A stretch of DNA of 64,000 bases from Thermoanaerobaculia bacterium. Its GTDB lineage: Bacteria; Acidobacteriota; Thermoanaerobaculia; Multivoradales; SZUA-115. The translations under genes were made by a program, and so were the position numbers. Of the stretch, positions 1 through 10,003 are shown in pieces. The notes below the pieces were generated by a model. The model did no database searches, was not told where the DNA came from, and saw only the letters and a list, made by a program, of their open reading frames with translations. The DNA lies in the NCBI GenBank assembly GCA_044869805.1, contig JBIOXV010000207.1, positions 8,062 to 72,061 of the forward strand. Reading direction: 5' to 3'. Within the stretch, counting starts at the first letter, position 1; each line of letters begins with the position of its first letter.

Positions 1-454
1 CGACGTCGAGGTCACGGTGGACGAGAAGGACCTGCGCATCGACCGCTACTGCTCCTCCGGCCCCGGCGGGCAGGGCGTCAACACCACCTACTCCGCCGTG
101 CGCCTGACCCACCTGCCCACCGGCATCGTGGTGGCCTGCCAGGACGAGCGCAGCCAGATCAAGAACAAGGCCAAGGCGCTGCGCGTGCTCAAGGCGCGGC
201 TGCTCGAAATCGAGCGCGAGAAAGCACAGTCCGAGGTCTCGGCGGAGCGCCGCCGCATGGTGGGCTCCGGCGACCGCTCGGAGAAGATCCGCACCTACAA
301 TTTTCCGCAGAGCCGGGTCACCGACCACCGCATCGGCGTCACCCTCCATCAGCTCCAGCGGGTGCTCGAAGGCGACCTCGAGCCGCTGATCGAGCCGCTC
401 GTCGCCCACTACGAGGCCGAGCGCATGGAGGAGGCGGCGCGCGGCGGAAACTGA
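1..454 (+). CDS. prfA: peptide chain release factor 1 (5-prime partial, C-terminal part)
   Basis: The ORF encodes the GGQ motif ([12 protein letters not shown]) and a conserved RF1 C-terminus. The window starts inside the gene. prmC lies downstream. Confidence 0.9.
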   Translation, partial: DVEVTVDEKDLRIDRYCSSGPGGQGVNTTYSAVRLTHLPTGIVVACQDERSQIKNKAKALRVLKARLLEIEREKAQSEVSAERRRMVGSGDRSEKIRTYNFPQSRVTDHRIGVTLHQLQRVLEGDLEPLIEPLVAHYEAERMEEAARGGN

Positions 455-464
455 GAGGGGAGGC

Positions 465-1268
465 GTGGTGGCCGAGCTGGACGAAGGGCTGGAAGAGACG
501 CAGGAGCGGCCGTTCTCGCTCGAGTACGCGCGGCCCGACCGCGCGGTCAAGCCGATCTACCTCCTGGCCGACAGCCAGATCCTGTTCTGGAAGCCGGAGG
601 GCAAGCCCTTCCTGGCCGGGGTCAAGGCCCGCATCGAGCGCAGCTCGCCGCGCGCCGCCTACGTCGGCGCCTCGAACGGCGACGACCCCACCTACTACTC
701 GATCTTCGAGGCCGCCATGGAAGAGGTGGGGATCACCGAGCGGCGGATGATCCCGGCCGACCCGGGCGCCGCCGACCTCGACTTCGTGGACGCCGCGGAC
801 CTCATCCTGCTCTCGGGCGGCGACGTCGAGCGCGGCTGGCGGGCCTTCGAAGCCAACGGGCTCAAGCAGGTCCTGGTGCGCCGCTACTACGAGGGGGCGC
901 TCTTGATCGGCATCTCGGCAGGCGCCGTGCAGCTCGGCCTCGGCGGCTGGGGGACGGGCGGCTTCGCCTCCGGCCGCCTGGTCGACACCCTGCGCATCCT
1001 GCCGCACGTGGTGGGCGCGCACGAGGAGGGCGAGGACTGGGCCTCGCTCAAGGCCGCGGTGCTGCACCTGGGCGGCCACGTGCGCGGCTACGGCATCCCG
1101 CTGGGGAGCGGCTTCATCTACCACCCCGACCACGCCGTCGAGCCGCTGCGCCGGCCGCTGATCGAGATCCGGGTGCAGGGCGGCGACCTGCGCCAAGTGG
1201 TGCTCCTGCCCGGCGACGTGCGCGACAGCGACGCGGGCAGCGAGGGCGACGACCCGCTGGTGAACTGA
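465..1268 (+). CDS. peptidase S51 family protein (dipeptidase E / cyanophycinase-like)
   Basis: GISAGA motif (catalytic-serine motif GxSAG) and overall S51/class I glutamine-amidotransferase-like layout. Confidence 0.6.
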   Translation: MVAELDEGLEETQERPFSLEYARPDRAVKPIYLLADSQILFWKPEGKPFLAGVKARIERSSPRAAYVGASNGDDPTYYSIFEAAMEEVGITERRMIPADPGAADLDFVDAADLILLSGGDVERGWRAFEANGLKQVLVRRYYEGALLIGISAGAVQLGLGGWGTGGFASGRLVDTLRILPHVVGAHEEGEDWASLKAAVLHLGGHVRGYGIPLGSGFIYHPDHAVEPLRRPLIEIRVQGGDLRQVVLLPGDVRDSDAGSEGDDPLVN

Positions 1269-1348
1269 GAGCCCTTCTCGGCCTTGTCTCGCCCCCACGG
1301 CCACGGCGCACCTCCTGAGCAAGAGGGCTTCGCGCCCGGAGGGTCGCC

Positions 1349-2710
1349 ATGGCCATATCGCGCTCCCGCGTCGGCGCCTGCCTCGGGCTCCTGCTGCTCG
1401 CCGCCGCCCTGCTCGCAGTGGCTCCCACGGCGACCTCCGAGGGGACGCAGATCCTTCTCTTCCGCCAGGTCCGCGTCTTCGACGGCCGCCACACCATCCC
1501 TTCGACCAACGTGCTGGTGGTGGGCGAGAGGGTGGTCGCCGTCCATCCGCATCTGCCGGCGCCGCCGCACGCCGAGGTGATCGACGGCACGGGCAAGACG
1601 CTGCTGCCCGGGATGATCGACGCCCACGGCCACGCCACGGCGGCGGCGCCCTTCGGGCTGATCGACGCGCTGGCCCTGGGAGTCACCACCGAGCTCGGCA
1701 TGTTCGACGACCCGGCTTACGTCGCCGAGGTGAAGGCCACCCACGTCGACGGCCAGCGGGCGCAGTACCTCTCGGCCGGCATCCTCGCCACCGCGCCGGG
1801 CGGCCACGGCACCCAGTACGGCTTCCCGATCCCCACCGTCGCCGCGCCCGAGGAAGCGCAACCCTTCGTCGACGATCGCCTGGCCGAGGGCTCGGACTTC
1901 ATCAAGATCGTCTACGAGGACTTCCGGCAGCTCGGCTACGACTTTCCCAAGCTCTCGCCGCAGAGCCTGCAGGCGCTGATCCGGGGCGCTCACCGCCGGC
2001 ACCGGCTGGCCGTGGTGCACGTTACCCAGCTCGCGGACGCGCGCACCGCGGTGGGGTTCGGGGCGGACGGTCTGGTCCACACCCTGATGGACGTGTTTCC
2101 CGATCCCGATTTCGGCCGCTTCGTGGCTTCACGCCGGGCTTTCGTCGTTCCCACCCTGACGCTCTACCAGGTGGCGAGCCAGACCACGCTCGGCCTCGAG
2201 CCGCTCGACGACCCGCTCCTCGCGCCCTTCCTCTCGCCGGCCGCCGTCGCGTTGATCGAAGCCCCCTTCCCGCCGGGCTTCGAGCTCACCAACTTCGAGG
2301 CCGCGGTCGAGTCCGTGCGCCAGCTCGCGGCGGCGGGCGCTCCCATCCTCGCCGGCACCGACGCCCCCAACCCGCACACGGCGCACGGCGCCACCATGCA
2401 CCGCGAGCTCGAGATGCTGGTCTACGCCGGGCTCTCGCCTGCCCAGGCCCTGGCCGCGGCCACCGCCGAGCCGGCCCTGCGCTTCGGGCTGCACGACCGC
2501 GGGCGCATCCGCCCCGGGCGCCGCGCCGACCTCTTGCTAGTCAACGGCGACCCCACCGCCGACGTGCTGGCCGCCCGCGACATCGCGGGCATCTGGCAAG
2601 GCGGCGTGCGCGTCGATCGCGACGCCCTGGTCGCCGCGAGCGCGCTCATAGCGCCCTCCTCCAAGCACGGCCACGTCTGCGGGCCGGCTGTGGAGCCGGC
2701 GGGGCGGTAG
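1349..2710 (+). CDS. secreted amidohydrolase family protein
   Basis: N-terminal signal peptide, metal-binding HGH motif (MIDAHGHA), and a C-terminal amidohydrolase-like region. Confidence 0.6.
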   Translation: MAISRSRVGACLGLLLLAAALLAVAPTATSEGTQILLFRQVRVFDGRHTIPSTNVLVVGERVVAVHPHLPAPPHAEVIDGTGKTLLPGMIDAHGHATAAAPFGLIDALALGVTTELGMFDDPAYVAEVKATHVDGQRAQYLSAGILATAPGGHGTQYGFPIPTVAAPEEAQPFVDDRLAEGSDFIKIVYEDFRQLGYDFPKLSPQSLQALIRGAHRRHRLAVVHVTQLADARTAVGFGADGLVHTLMDVFPDPDFGRFVASRRAFVVPTLTLYQVASQTTLGLEPLDDPLLAPFLSPAAVALIEAPFPPGFELTNFEAAVESVRQLAAAGAPILAGTDAPNPHTAHGATMHRELEMLVYAGLSPAQALAAATAEPALRFGLHDRGRIRPGRRADLLLVNGDPTADVLAARDIAGIWQGGVRVDRDALVAASALIAPSSKHGHVCGPAVEPAGR

Positions 2711-2762
2711 GCAGGCGCGGCGCCTTGCGGATTCCGGGGGTGCTAGGCTCCCCGGCAAGCCC

Positions 2763-3671
2763 TTGCCCACCCTCGACCAGCTCGTAGCCTTCGCCCGCGT
2801 CCGCCTGAAAGCCGCTTCCTTTAAGCCTTCGCCGCGCGAGGCCCTGCTTCTCGCCGGCCGGGTGCTTGGGCTGTCGGAGGCGCAGGTGCTGGCGCGGGGT
2901 GGGGAGCAGGTTCCTGATGACGCCGCGGCCGAGCTCGAGGCCCTGCTCTCGCGGCGTCTCGCCGGCGAGCCGGTGGCCTATCTCCTCGGCGAGCGCGAGT
3001 TCTACGGCAGAGTTTTCGCGGTAGACGACCGCGTGCTGATCCCGCGGCCGGAGACGGAGCACCTGGTGGAAGCGGCGCTCGCTTTGCCGCTGCCACCGGA
3101 GCCGCGCATCCTGGATCTGGGCACCGGCTCGGGCATCCTGGCGGTGACTCTCGCTGCCGAGCTGCCGCGGGCGCGGGTGGTGGCGACGGATCTCTCGCCC
3201 GCGGCCCTCGCGGTGGCGGCGGGGAACGCGCGGCGCCACGGGGTGAGCGCGCGCCTGCGTTACATTGCCGCGGACTGGACGGCCTGCTTCCGGCGGCCGA
3301 GCTTCGACCTGGTGGTCAGCAACCCGCCCTACGTCCCGCACGAGGACGCGCCACGGCTCTCGCCCGAGGTGCGGGACTTCGAGCCGGCGGCGGCGCTCTT
3401 TGCCGGCGAGGGCGGCCTCGCGGAAATCCGCCGCTTGCTCGCAGCCGCGACCGCGCTTCCGGAGGGCGCATTCTTCGCCTTCGAGATCGGGGACGGCCAG
3501 CTCCCCGCCGTCGAGGACCTGCTCGCCGGCCGAGATACAGAGAGCGGAAGGTTGCGCGAGGCAGTCGCTCGACCTCCTACACAACGCCCCGTGGGAAGCC
3601 CGTTCTCGCTCGTCGAAGCGCGTGCCGACTACGCGGGAAAAGCGAGAGTTGTGGTACTAAAGCGCGCCTGA
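2763..3671 (+). CDS. prmC: release factor glutamine methyltransferase
   Basis: Class I methyltransferase glycine motif (DLGTGSGIL) plus NPPY. Follows prfA, as in the canonical operon. Confidence 0.85.
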   Translation: MPTLDQLVAFARVRLKAASFKPSPREALLLAGRVLGLSEAQVLARGGEQVPDDAAAELEALLSRRLAGEPVAYLLGEREFYGRVFAVDDRVLIPRPETEHLVEAALALPLPPEPRILDLGTGSGILAVTLAAELPRARVVATDLSPAALAVAAGNARRHGVSARLRYIAADWTACFRRPSFDLVVSNPPYVPHEDAPRLSPEVRDFEPAAALFAGEGGLAEIRRLLAAATALPEGAFFAFEIGDGQLPAVEDLLAGRDTESGRLREAVARPPTQRPVGSPFSLVEARADYAGKARVVVLKRA

Positions 3672-4936
3672 TGGACCGCTTCGTCGTCACCGGCCCCTGC
3701 CGCCTCGCCGGCACCGTGCGCGCCTCCGGGGCCAAGAACGCCGCCCTTCCCGCGCTCGCCGCGAGCCTGCTGACCGACGGGCCCCTGACTCTCGGTCGCG
3801 TGCCACGGGTGCGCGACATCCACACCTTCCTCTCGCTGCTCGAGCACCTGGGGGTGGGCCACGAGGAGGACGCCGGGCGTCTCGCGCTCCGGCCCGCCGG
3901 CACCCGGCACGAGGCCGACGTGGCACCCTACGAGATGGTGAAGACCATGCGGGCCAGCGTGCTGGTGCTGGGACCGCTGGTCGCCCGCCACGGCCATGCC
4001 CGGGTGTCGCTTCCCGGCGGCTGCGCGATCGGCGTGCGGCCCATCGACCAGCATCTCGCGGGCCTCCAGGCCCTGGGCGCGGAGGTGGTGCTCGAGCACG
4101 GCTACGTCGACGCCCGCGCCGCGCGCCTCACCGGCTGCCGCTTCCGCTTCGCGATCCCCACCGTCACCGGCACCGAGAACCTGCTGATGGCGGCCTCCCT
4201 GGCCCGCGGCACCACGGTGCTCGGCAACTGCGCGCGCGAGCCCGAGGTGGTCGACCTCGCCCGCCTGCTCAACGCCATGGGCGCGCGCATCGAAGGGGCG
4301 GGGAGCGAGAGCATCGTGATCGAAGGGGTCGAGACCCTGGCCGGTGCCGAGCACGAGGTGATCGCCGACCGCATCGAGGGCGGCACCTACCTGATCGCCG
4401 CCGCCCTGACCGGCGGCGACGTGACGCTCGAGGGCGCCGACCCCGCCGATCTGGCGCCGCTGCTCGAGAAGCTGGCCGAAAGTGGCGCGCAAGTCGAGCA
4501 GGCGCCCGGCTCGGTGCGCGTCTCCCGCCGCGGCGACCTCGCCCCCCGCGACGTCGCGACCGCTCCCCACCCCGGCTTTCCCACCGATCTCCAGGCCCAG
4601 TACCTGGCGCTGATGACCCAGGCGCAGGGGCTCTCCACGGTCTGCGAGACGGTGTTCGAGAACCGCTTCCAGCACGTGGCCGAGCTCAACCGCATGGGCG
4701 CCGACATCCGGGTGGAGGGGAGCTACGCGCGGGTGCGCGGCGCCACCCCGCTCGCCGGCGCCTCGGTGATGGCCACCGACCTGCGCGCCTCGGCCTGCCT
4801 GGTGCTGGCCGGGTTGGCCGCGCGGGGCGAGACCACGGTCGATCGCATCTACCACCTGGACCGCGGCTACGAGCGTATGGAACTGAAATTGCAGCACTTG
4901 GGAGCCCAGGTCCTGCGGATGCCCGCCCCGGGCTGA
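3671..4936 (+). CDS. murA: UDP-N-acetylglucosamine 1-carboxyvinyltransferase
   Basis: MurA N-terminus (GAKNAALP) and full-length similarity. Its start overlaps the prmC stop in a TGATG arrangement. Confidence 0.9.
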   Translation: MDRFVVTGPCRLAGTVRASGAKNAALPALAASLLTDGPLTLGRVPRVRDIHTFLSLLEHLGVGHEEDAGRLALRPAGTRHEADVAPYEMVKTMRASVLVLGPLVARHGHARVSLPGGCAIGVRPIDQHLAGLQALGAEVVLEHGYVDARAARLTGCRFRFAIPTVTGTENLLMAASLARGTTVLGNCAREPEVVDLARLLNAMGARIEGAGSESIVIEGVETLAGAEHEVIADRIEGGTYLIAAALTGGDVTLEGADPADLAPLLEKLAESGAQVEQAPGSVRVSRRGDLAPRDVATAPHPGFPTDLQAQYLALMTQAQGLSTVCETVFENRFQHVAELNRMGADIRVEGSYARVRGATPLAGASVMATDLRASACLVLAGLAARGETTVDRIYHLDRGYERMELKLQHLGAQVLRMPAPG

Positions 4937-4957
4937 AGCCGGCACCCAAGCCCCCCG

Positions 4958-7264
4958 ATGCCTGCCGCCAGTGGCTTTGTCGCGCTCGCCCTGCTCGCCG
5001 CGCCGGGCGACGACCCTCGTGCCGTCGACCTCCGCAAGCTCGACCCGCGGGTGACGTTGGTCGAGAGTCAGCTCGCGGGGCGCTGGGACGCGGCGTTGCG
5101 GGAGACCGAGCGCCTGCTCGCCACCGATCCCGAGCTCTCCCGCCGCGCCGGCCTCCACTACCTGCGCGGGCGCCTCCTCGACCGCCTGCAGCAGGGCACC
5201 GAGGCTTCGAGCGCTTTCCTCGCCGCGATCGCCAGCCATCCCGGCCTCGCCCTCTACAGCTACTACCGCCTGGCTCTCGAGCACGAGCGGCTCGGCCATC
5301 CCGAGATGGCGGCCGGGCTGATCGCACACGTGGTGGGCGCCGACCAGCCGTTCGCCGAGATGCGCATGGCGGTCGAGGTGCTGCGCCGCTCCCTCGCCGC
5401 CGGCGGCGACTGCCGCCTGCTGGGAGGCATCCGCGAGCAGCGCTTCGAGGCCAGGGCGCGGCGCGAGCTGCAACTGACGCGCGCCGAGTGCGCGCTCTCC
5501 GAAGGCCAGCCGGCGCGGGCGGCCGAGATCGTCGCCGCCCTGCTGCGCGAGACGCGAGAGGACGACATCGCCTACCAGGCGGCGCGGCTGGCGACCGACC
5601 AGCTCCTCGGCCGGGCCGGCGCCGGCTTCATGCTGGCGGTGGGCATGACGCTGCACGAGCACCGCGACTTCGCGCGGTCCTCGACGCTCCTCGACCGCGC
5701 GCTCTCCGCCGCCGGCCCGCTGCCGGCGCTGCTCGACGGCGCCGCCTTCGACCACCACTACGCGCGCCAGCGCAACGATTTCTGGCTGGGCGACTACCGC
5801 GCGGCGGCCGGCGGCTTCGGCGCGCTCGCCGAGCGCGCGCCGAGCGCCGAGAAGAAAGCGGACGCGCTCTACCAGGAGGGCCGCTGCCACGAGCTCCTGG
5901 GCGACGCCAGCCGCGCCTCGGCGAGCTTCCGCCGCGCCTACCTCGCCGACCCGGCGTCGGAGTGGGGGCCGCTCGGCCTGCTCTCGGCGCTGCGCGTCGA
6001 GTGGCGGGCCGGCGCCGAGAAGGCGGCGCTCGAGGCCTACGCGCTGCTCGCCACGCTGCGCCACGGGCGCGACCAGGCGGCACGCGGAGCCTTGTTCCTG
6101 GCCGCGTCCGATCTGGTCCAGGGCCGGGCCAACCGCGCCGCGGCCTGGCTCGCCGAGGCCGAGCGCGCGGCGCCCGATCTGGCGAGCGAGATCGGCTACT
6201 GGCGGGGCCGCCGCGCCGAGCTCGCCGGCGAGCGCGAGAAGGCCGTGCTCTCCTACCTCGAGGTGCTGCGCCGCGACGCCTACCAGCCGTTCGCCGCGGC
6301 GGCGCGCGAGCGGTTGGCGGCTCCGGCGCTCGCCCCCGCCGCGCGCGACGTCGGGCTGGGCCTCGCCGCCTCCGAGCGCACCGACGGCCTGTACGCGGCC
6401 TGGCAGCTGCTCGGCGACCGGCATCCGCGGGGCCAGGCGGCGATGGCCGCGCTCGCCCAGCGCCTGGCCCAGGACCCGAGCCTGGTGCCCTTCCTGAAGG
6501 CATTGCCGGTGCCGGTCGGGAGCTGGCCGCTGTGGACCATGCCGCTCGGCCGGCCGGAAGAGGTGCTGCTCGCGCTCGGCCTGTTCGAGGAGGGGGCGCC
6601 GGCCGTGGCGCGGGCCTTCCCGATCTCGGTCCCGATCCTCGCCCTGACCGGCAGCCGCCATCTCGCGGCGGCCGGCGAGACCCGCGAGGCGCTGCGCGTG
6701 GCGGAGGTGCTGGGCGAGCGGCTGCCGCGCACCGCGCCGCATCGCCTGCTGATCCGGCCCTACCGCGAGCTCCTCTACCCGCTGCCGTACCGCGGCCTCC
6801 TCGAGGCCGAGACCGGCAAGCGCGGGGTCGAGCCCATGCTGCTGGCCGCCATCATCCGCGAGGAGAGCCGCTTCGATCCGCGGGCGCTCTCCGGAGCCTC
6901 GGCGCGCGGCCTCACCCAGTTCACCCAGCAGACCGCGCAACGCTTCGCCGAGCGCATCGGCATGCCGACGATCGAGATTGCCGACCTCTATCGGCCGCCG
7001 GTGGCGATCGCGCTCGGCGCCGTCCTGCTGGCGGACCTCGGCCGGCAGTTCCCCGGCGCCGACGCCGCGGTGGTCGCCGCCTACAACGCCGGCGAGGACC
7101 AGGCCCGTCTGTGGCAGCGCTACTGCTTCAGCACCGAGCCGGCCGAGTTCTACACCAAGGTGGCATTCCGCCAGACCCGCGGCTATCTCGGCAAGGTGTT
7201 GACCAGCCGTGCCCACTACCGCGAGATCTACGAGCGGGACGCGGGATACGGAGTCCCCAAGTAA
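4958..7264 (+). CDS. lytic transglycosylase domain protein with N-terminal TPR-like repeats (Slt-like)
   Basis: C-terminal SLT domain motifs (EESRFDPRALSGASARGLTQF, AYNAG), a long alpha-helical repeat region, and a signal peptide. Confidence 0.75.
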   Translation: MPAASGFVALALLAAPGDDPRAVDLRKLDPRVTLVESQLAGRWDAALRETERLLATDPELSRRAGLHYLRGRLLDRLQQGTEASSAFLAAIASHPGLALYSYYRLALEHERLGHPEMAAGLIAHVVGADQPFAEMRMAVEVLRRSLAAGGDCRLLGGIREQRFEARARRELQLTRAECALSEGQPARAAEIVAALLRETREDDIAYQAARLATDQLLGRAGAGFMLAVGMTLHEHRDFARSSTLLDRALSAAGPLPALLDGAAFDHHYARQRNDFWLGDYRAAAGGFGALAERAPSAEKKADALYQEGRCHELLGDASRASASFRRAYLADPASEWGPLGLLSALRVEWRAGAEKAALEAYALLATLRHGRDQAARGALFLAASDLVQGRANRAAAWLAEAERAAPDLASEIGYWRGRRAELAGEREKAVLSYLEVLRRDAYQPFAAAARERLAAPALAPAARDVGLGLAASERTDGLYAAWQLLGDRHPRGQAAMAALAQRLAQDPSLVPFLKALPVPVGSWPLWTMPLGRPEEVLLALGLFEEGAPAVARAFPISVPILALTGSRHLAAAGETREALRVAEVLGERLPRTAPHRLLIRPYRELLYPLPYRGLLEAETGKRGVEPMLLAAIIREESRFDPRALSGASARGLTQFTQQTAQRFAERIGMPTIEIADLYRPPVAIALGAVLLADLGRQFPGADAAVVAAYNAGEDQARLWQRYCFSTEPAEFYTKVAFRQTRGYLGKVLTSRAHYREIYERDAGYGVPK

Positions 7265-7269
7265 GAGCG

Positions 7270-7320
7270 CCCCTCACCCCAGCCCTCTCCCCGCTGCCGC
7301 GGGGCGAGGGGGCCGGAAGG
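7270..7320. terminator. GC-rich imperfect hairpin between the convergent genes (likely bidirectional terminator)
   Basis: CCCCTC..CTCTCCCCGC tgcc GCGGGGcGAGGGGG stem-loop in the 61-bp gap between convergent stop codons. Confidence 0.4.
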
Positions 7321-7325
7321 CGCGG

Positions 7326-8090
7326 TCAGCGCCGGGGGCGCGGTTTCTCGCTGGCGGGTGCCGCGATGGTGTCGACCACCGGCGGCAGGCGGTCGTGCCG
7401 GCGGTCCCAGAGGTTGACGACGTCGGCCGCGCGCTCCAGGTCGGCGGTCCAGCGCACCACCTCCTCGTTCAGCCGCTGCTCGCGGAGCACGGCGCGGACC
7501 TGCTCGCGCACCTGCTCGAGCGGCGGCACGGTCTCGCCCTTGGCGGCCAGGGCCGGCACCATCTCCTCCTCGTAGTACTGGCGGATGTCGTCGGCGCTGA
7601 CGAAAACGCGCGAGCCCAGGCGGCGCTCGATGTAGGCGAGGATGGCGAGCTGGCGCGCCACGAGCTGCTTCAGGCCCGCCTCGGTGAGCGACTGCTCCCG
7701 CAGGCGTTGCTGGTAGGCAGCCTCGTTGGGGAAGCGGCTGCGGATCTCCTCGACCTGGGCCTCGATCTCGGCCACCGGCACCTCGAGTAGGCCCACGCGG
7801 TCGACCTCGTGGAAGCGCAGCCGCTGCTGGATCAGCTCCTCGAGCGCCCGGCGCGACACGGCGTCCGGGGTCTCGCCCGGCTGCGGTGGGTCGACCAGCC
7901 CTAAGCGCAGGGCGCGCTCGACGTCGGAGAGCAGGATCGGGTCCTCGTCGACCACGGCGACGATGCGGTCCTCGAGCTCGAGCGCCGCATCGCGGCCCGG
8001 TGCCTGGCCGTGGGCGGTGGCCGCGACGAGAACCGCGGCGAACATCGTCGCGGCAAAGGGGGCCGCGCGAGAGCGCCGGGAAGCGGCCAT
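7326..8090 (-). CDS. SurA N-terminal domain-containing periplasmic chaperone-like protein
   Basis: Signal peptide and alpha-helical SurA_N-like region. No PPIase domain was seen. Confidence 0.45.
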   Translation of the reverse strand: MAASRRSRAAPFAATMFAAVLVAATAHGQAPGRDAALELEDRIVAVVDEDPILLSDVERALRLGLVDPPQPGETPDAVSRRALEELIQQRLRFHEVDRVGLLEVPVAEIEAQVEEIRSRFPNEAAYQQRLREQSLTEAGLKQLVARQLAILAYIERRLGSRVFVSADDIRQYYEEEMVPALAAKGETVPPLEQVREQVRAVLREQRLNEEVVRWTADLERAADVVNLWDRRHDRLPPVVDTIAAPASEKPRPRR

Positions 8091-8146
8091 GACCGCATGG
8101 TACCATCGCCGCTCTCGCGGCCCGGCGCGAGCTCGACCCTCTCAAG

Positions 8147-8878
8147 ATGGCATCTCCCCGCGGCCGTCTGCTCGTCGTCTCGACCCCGATCGGCAACCTG
8201 GAAGACCTCTCGCCGCGCGCCCGCGCGGCCTTCGAGCGCGCCGACCTGGTGGCCTGCGAAGACACGCGCCACACCGGCCTGCTGCTCTCCAAGCTAGGCA
8301 TCAAGCGACCGCTGGTGTCGCTCCACGAGCACAACGAGCGGCAGCGCCTGCCCGGCCTGCTGGAGGAGCTGGGCCGCGGCCGGGTGATCGCCGTGGCCTC
8401 CGACGCCGGCACGCCCTTGGTCTCCGATCCCGGCTTCCTGCTGGTGCGCGAGGCCGCCGCCCTGGGGTTCGCCGTCGAACCCGTGCCCGGGCCTTCGGCG
8501 TTGCTCGCCGCGCTCGTCGCCTCCGGCCTGCCGCCTCACCCCTTCACCTTCGCGGGCTTCCCGCCGCCCCGCGCCGGCAAGCGCCGCGCCTTCTACCGCG
8601 CGCTCTCCGTTCTGCCCCACACGCTGGTGATCTACGAGTCGCCCCACCGCCTGCTCCCGAGCCTCGAGGATGCGCGCGCCGAGCTGGGCGACCGCCCCGC
8701 CGCCCTCGCCCGCGAGCTCACCAAGCTGCACGAGGAGATGGTGCGCGGCCGGCTGTCGGAGATCGCCGCCGAGCTCGGCTCGCGGCCTTCGATCAAGGGG
8801 GAGATCGTCCTCGTGGTGGCGCCACCCGCCAAAGGCGCGGCGCCGGAAGCGACCGCTACTCCGCGAGACCCGAGCTGA
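8147..8878 (+). CDS. rsmI: 16S rRNA (cytidine1402-2'-O)-methyltransferase
   Basis: RsmI N-terminus (LxVVxTPIGNLxDLSxRA, ACEDTR) and a tetrapyrrole-methylase fold. Confidence 0.85.
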   Translation: MASPRGRLLVVSTPIGNLEDLSPRARAAFERADLVACEDTRHTGLLLSKLGIKRPLVSLHEHNERQRLPGLLEELGRGRVIAVASDAGTPLVSDPGFLLVREAAALGFAVEPVPGPSALLAALVASGLPPHPFTFAGFPPPRAGKRRAFYRALSVLPHTLVIYESPHRLLPSLEDARAELGDRPAALARELTKLHEEMVRGRLSEIAAELGSRPSIKGEIVLVVAPPAKGAAPEATATPRDPS

Positions 8879-9965
8879 TCCAGCAGCCGCCGAGCACTCG
8901 CGTGCCGCGGTAGAAGACCGCGGCCTGCCCGGGTGCGACGCCGCGTTGAGGCTCGTCGAACAGGACCTCGGCATGGCCCTCGGGCAAGGGGCGGACCGTG
9001 GCGCCGACGCCGGGGTGACGGGAGCGGATCTTGACCGTGGCCCGTACCGAGCCGTCCGGCTCGGCGAGGGTCGCGCTGTCGCCGATCCAGTGCAGGCGCT
9101 CGCCCAGCAGGCCGGGAGCCGCGAGCTCGCGCCCGCCGCCGACCACCACGCGGTTCTCGGCCGGCTCCACGGCCAGCACGTAGAGCGGCTCGCGGGCGGC
9201 CACGCCCAGGCCGCGGCGTTGGCCCACGGTGTAGCGGTAGTAGGGCTCGCCGTGGCCCAGGGTGGCGCCGGAGCGGTCGACGATCGTCGCCGGCTCGGGG
9301 GCCGGGGCCGCGAAGCGCTCGGGCCGGGCGGCCGCCTCGCGCTCCACGAACTCCCGCACCCCGCCGGAGACGAAGCAGACCTCCATCGACTCGCCCTTGC
9401 CGGCCACTACCAGCCCGGCCTCGCGGGCGATGTCGCGCACCTCGCGCTTGGTGAGCTCGCCGAGCGGGAAGCGGGAGGCGGCGAGCTGCTCGGGGCCGAG
9501 CTCGAACAGGTAGTAGCTCTGGTCCTTCTCGGTGTCGCGCGCCGCGTGCAGCTCGAGGCCGTGGGGCCCCGGGAGGATGCGCGCGTAGTGGCCGGTCGCC
9601 ACCTGCTCGGCGCCGAAGGCCCGCGCCTTCGCGAGCAGCAGGTCGAACTTGATCCAGGTGTTGCAACGCACGCAGGGCGAGGGCGTGCGGCCCGCCAGGT
9701 AGTCGCCGACGAAAGGATCGACCACTTGGTCGCGGAACTCGCGGTCCAGGCGCAGGGTGTAGTGGGGGATGCCGGCCTGCTGCGCCACGCGGCGCGCGTC
9801 GCCCAAGTCCAGCGCGCCGCAGCAGCGGCCGTTGGACGCCTCCTCGGCGCGGTCCCAGAGCAGCATCGAGAGCCCCACCACGCTCTCGCCTTGTTTGGCG
9901 AGCAGGTAGGCGGTGACCGAGGAGTCCAGGCCGCCGCTCATCGCCACGGCAATCAGATGGCTCAT
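8856..9965 (-). CDS. mnmA: tRNA-specific 2-thiouridylase
   Basis: PP-loop SGGxDSS and conserved CxRCN/WIKF motifs. Confidence 0.9.
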   Translation of the reverse strand: MSHLIAVAMSGGLDSSVTAYLLAKQGESVVGLSMLLWDRAEEASNGRCCGALDLGDARRVAQQAGIPHYTLRLDREFRDQVVDPFVGDYLAGRTPSPCVRCNTWIKFDLLLAKARAFGAEQVATGHYARILPGPHGLELHAARDTEKDQSYYLFELGPEQLAASRFPLGELTKREVRDIAREAGLVVAGKGESMEVCFVSGGVREFVEREAAARPERFAAPAPEPATIVDRSGATLGHGEPYYRYTVGQRRGLGVAAREPLYVLAVEPAENRVVVGGGRELAAPGLLGERLHWIGDSATLAEPDGSVRATVKIRSRHPGVGATVRPLPEGHAEVLFDEPQRGVAPGQAAVFYRGTRVLGGCWISSGLAE

Positions 9966-10003
9966 AGGGGCTTGCTCATTTGGGCCTGCTCATGTGGGCC
10001 TGC

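Noticed and set aside
3629-7216. Very long ORFs on the opposite strand or in other frames of real genes (for example 3629-7216 minus 1195 aa, 11426-16714 plus 1762 aa, 11226-14081 minus, 16010-18856 minus, 22660-26568 plus 1302 aa, 32081-34819 minus, 55188-59099 plus 1303 aa)
   Set aside because: Stop codons are rare by chance in a roughly 70% GC genome. These ORFs are Arg/Ala/Gly/Pro-rich, lack start context, and are fully overlapped by genes with strong homology-based identities.
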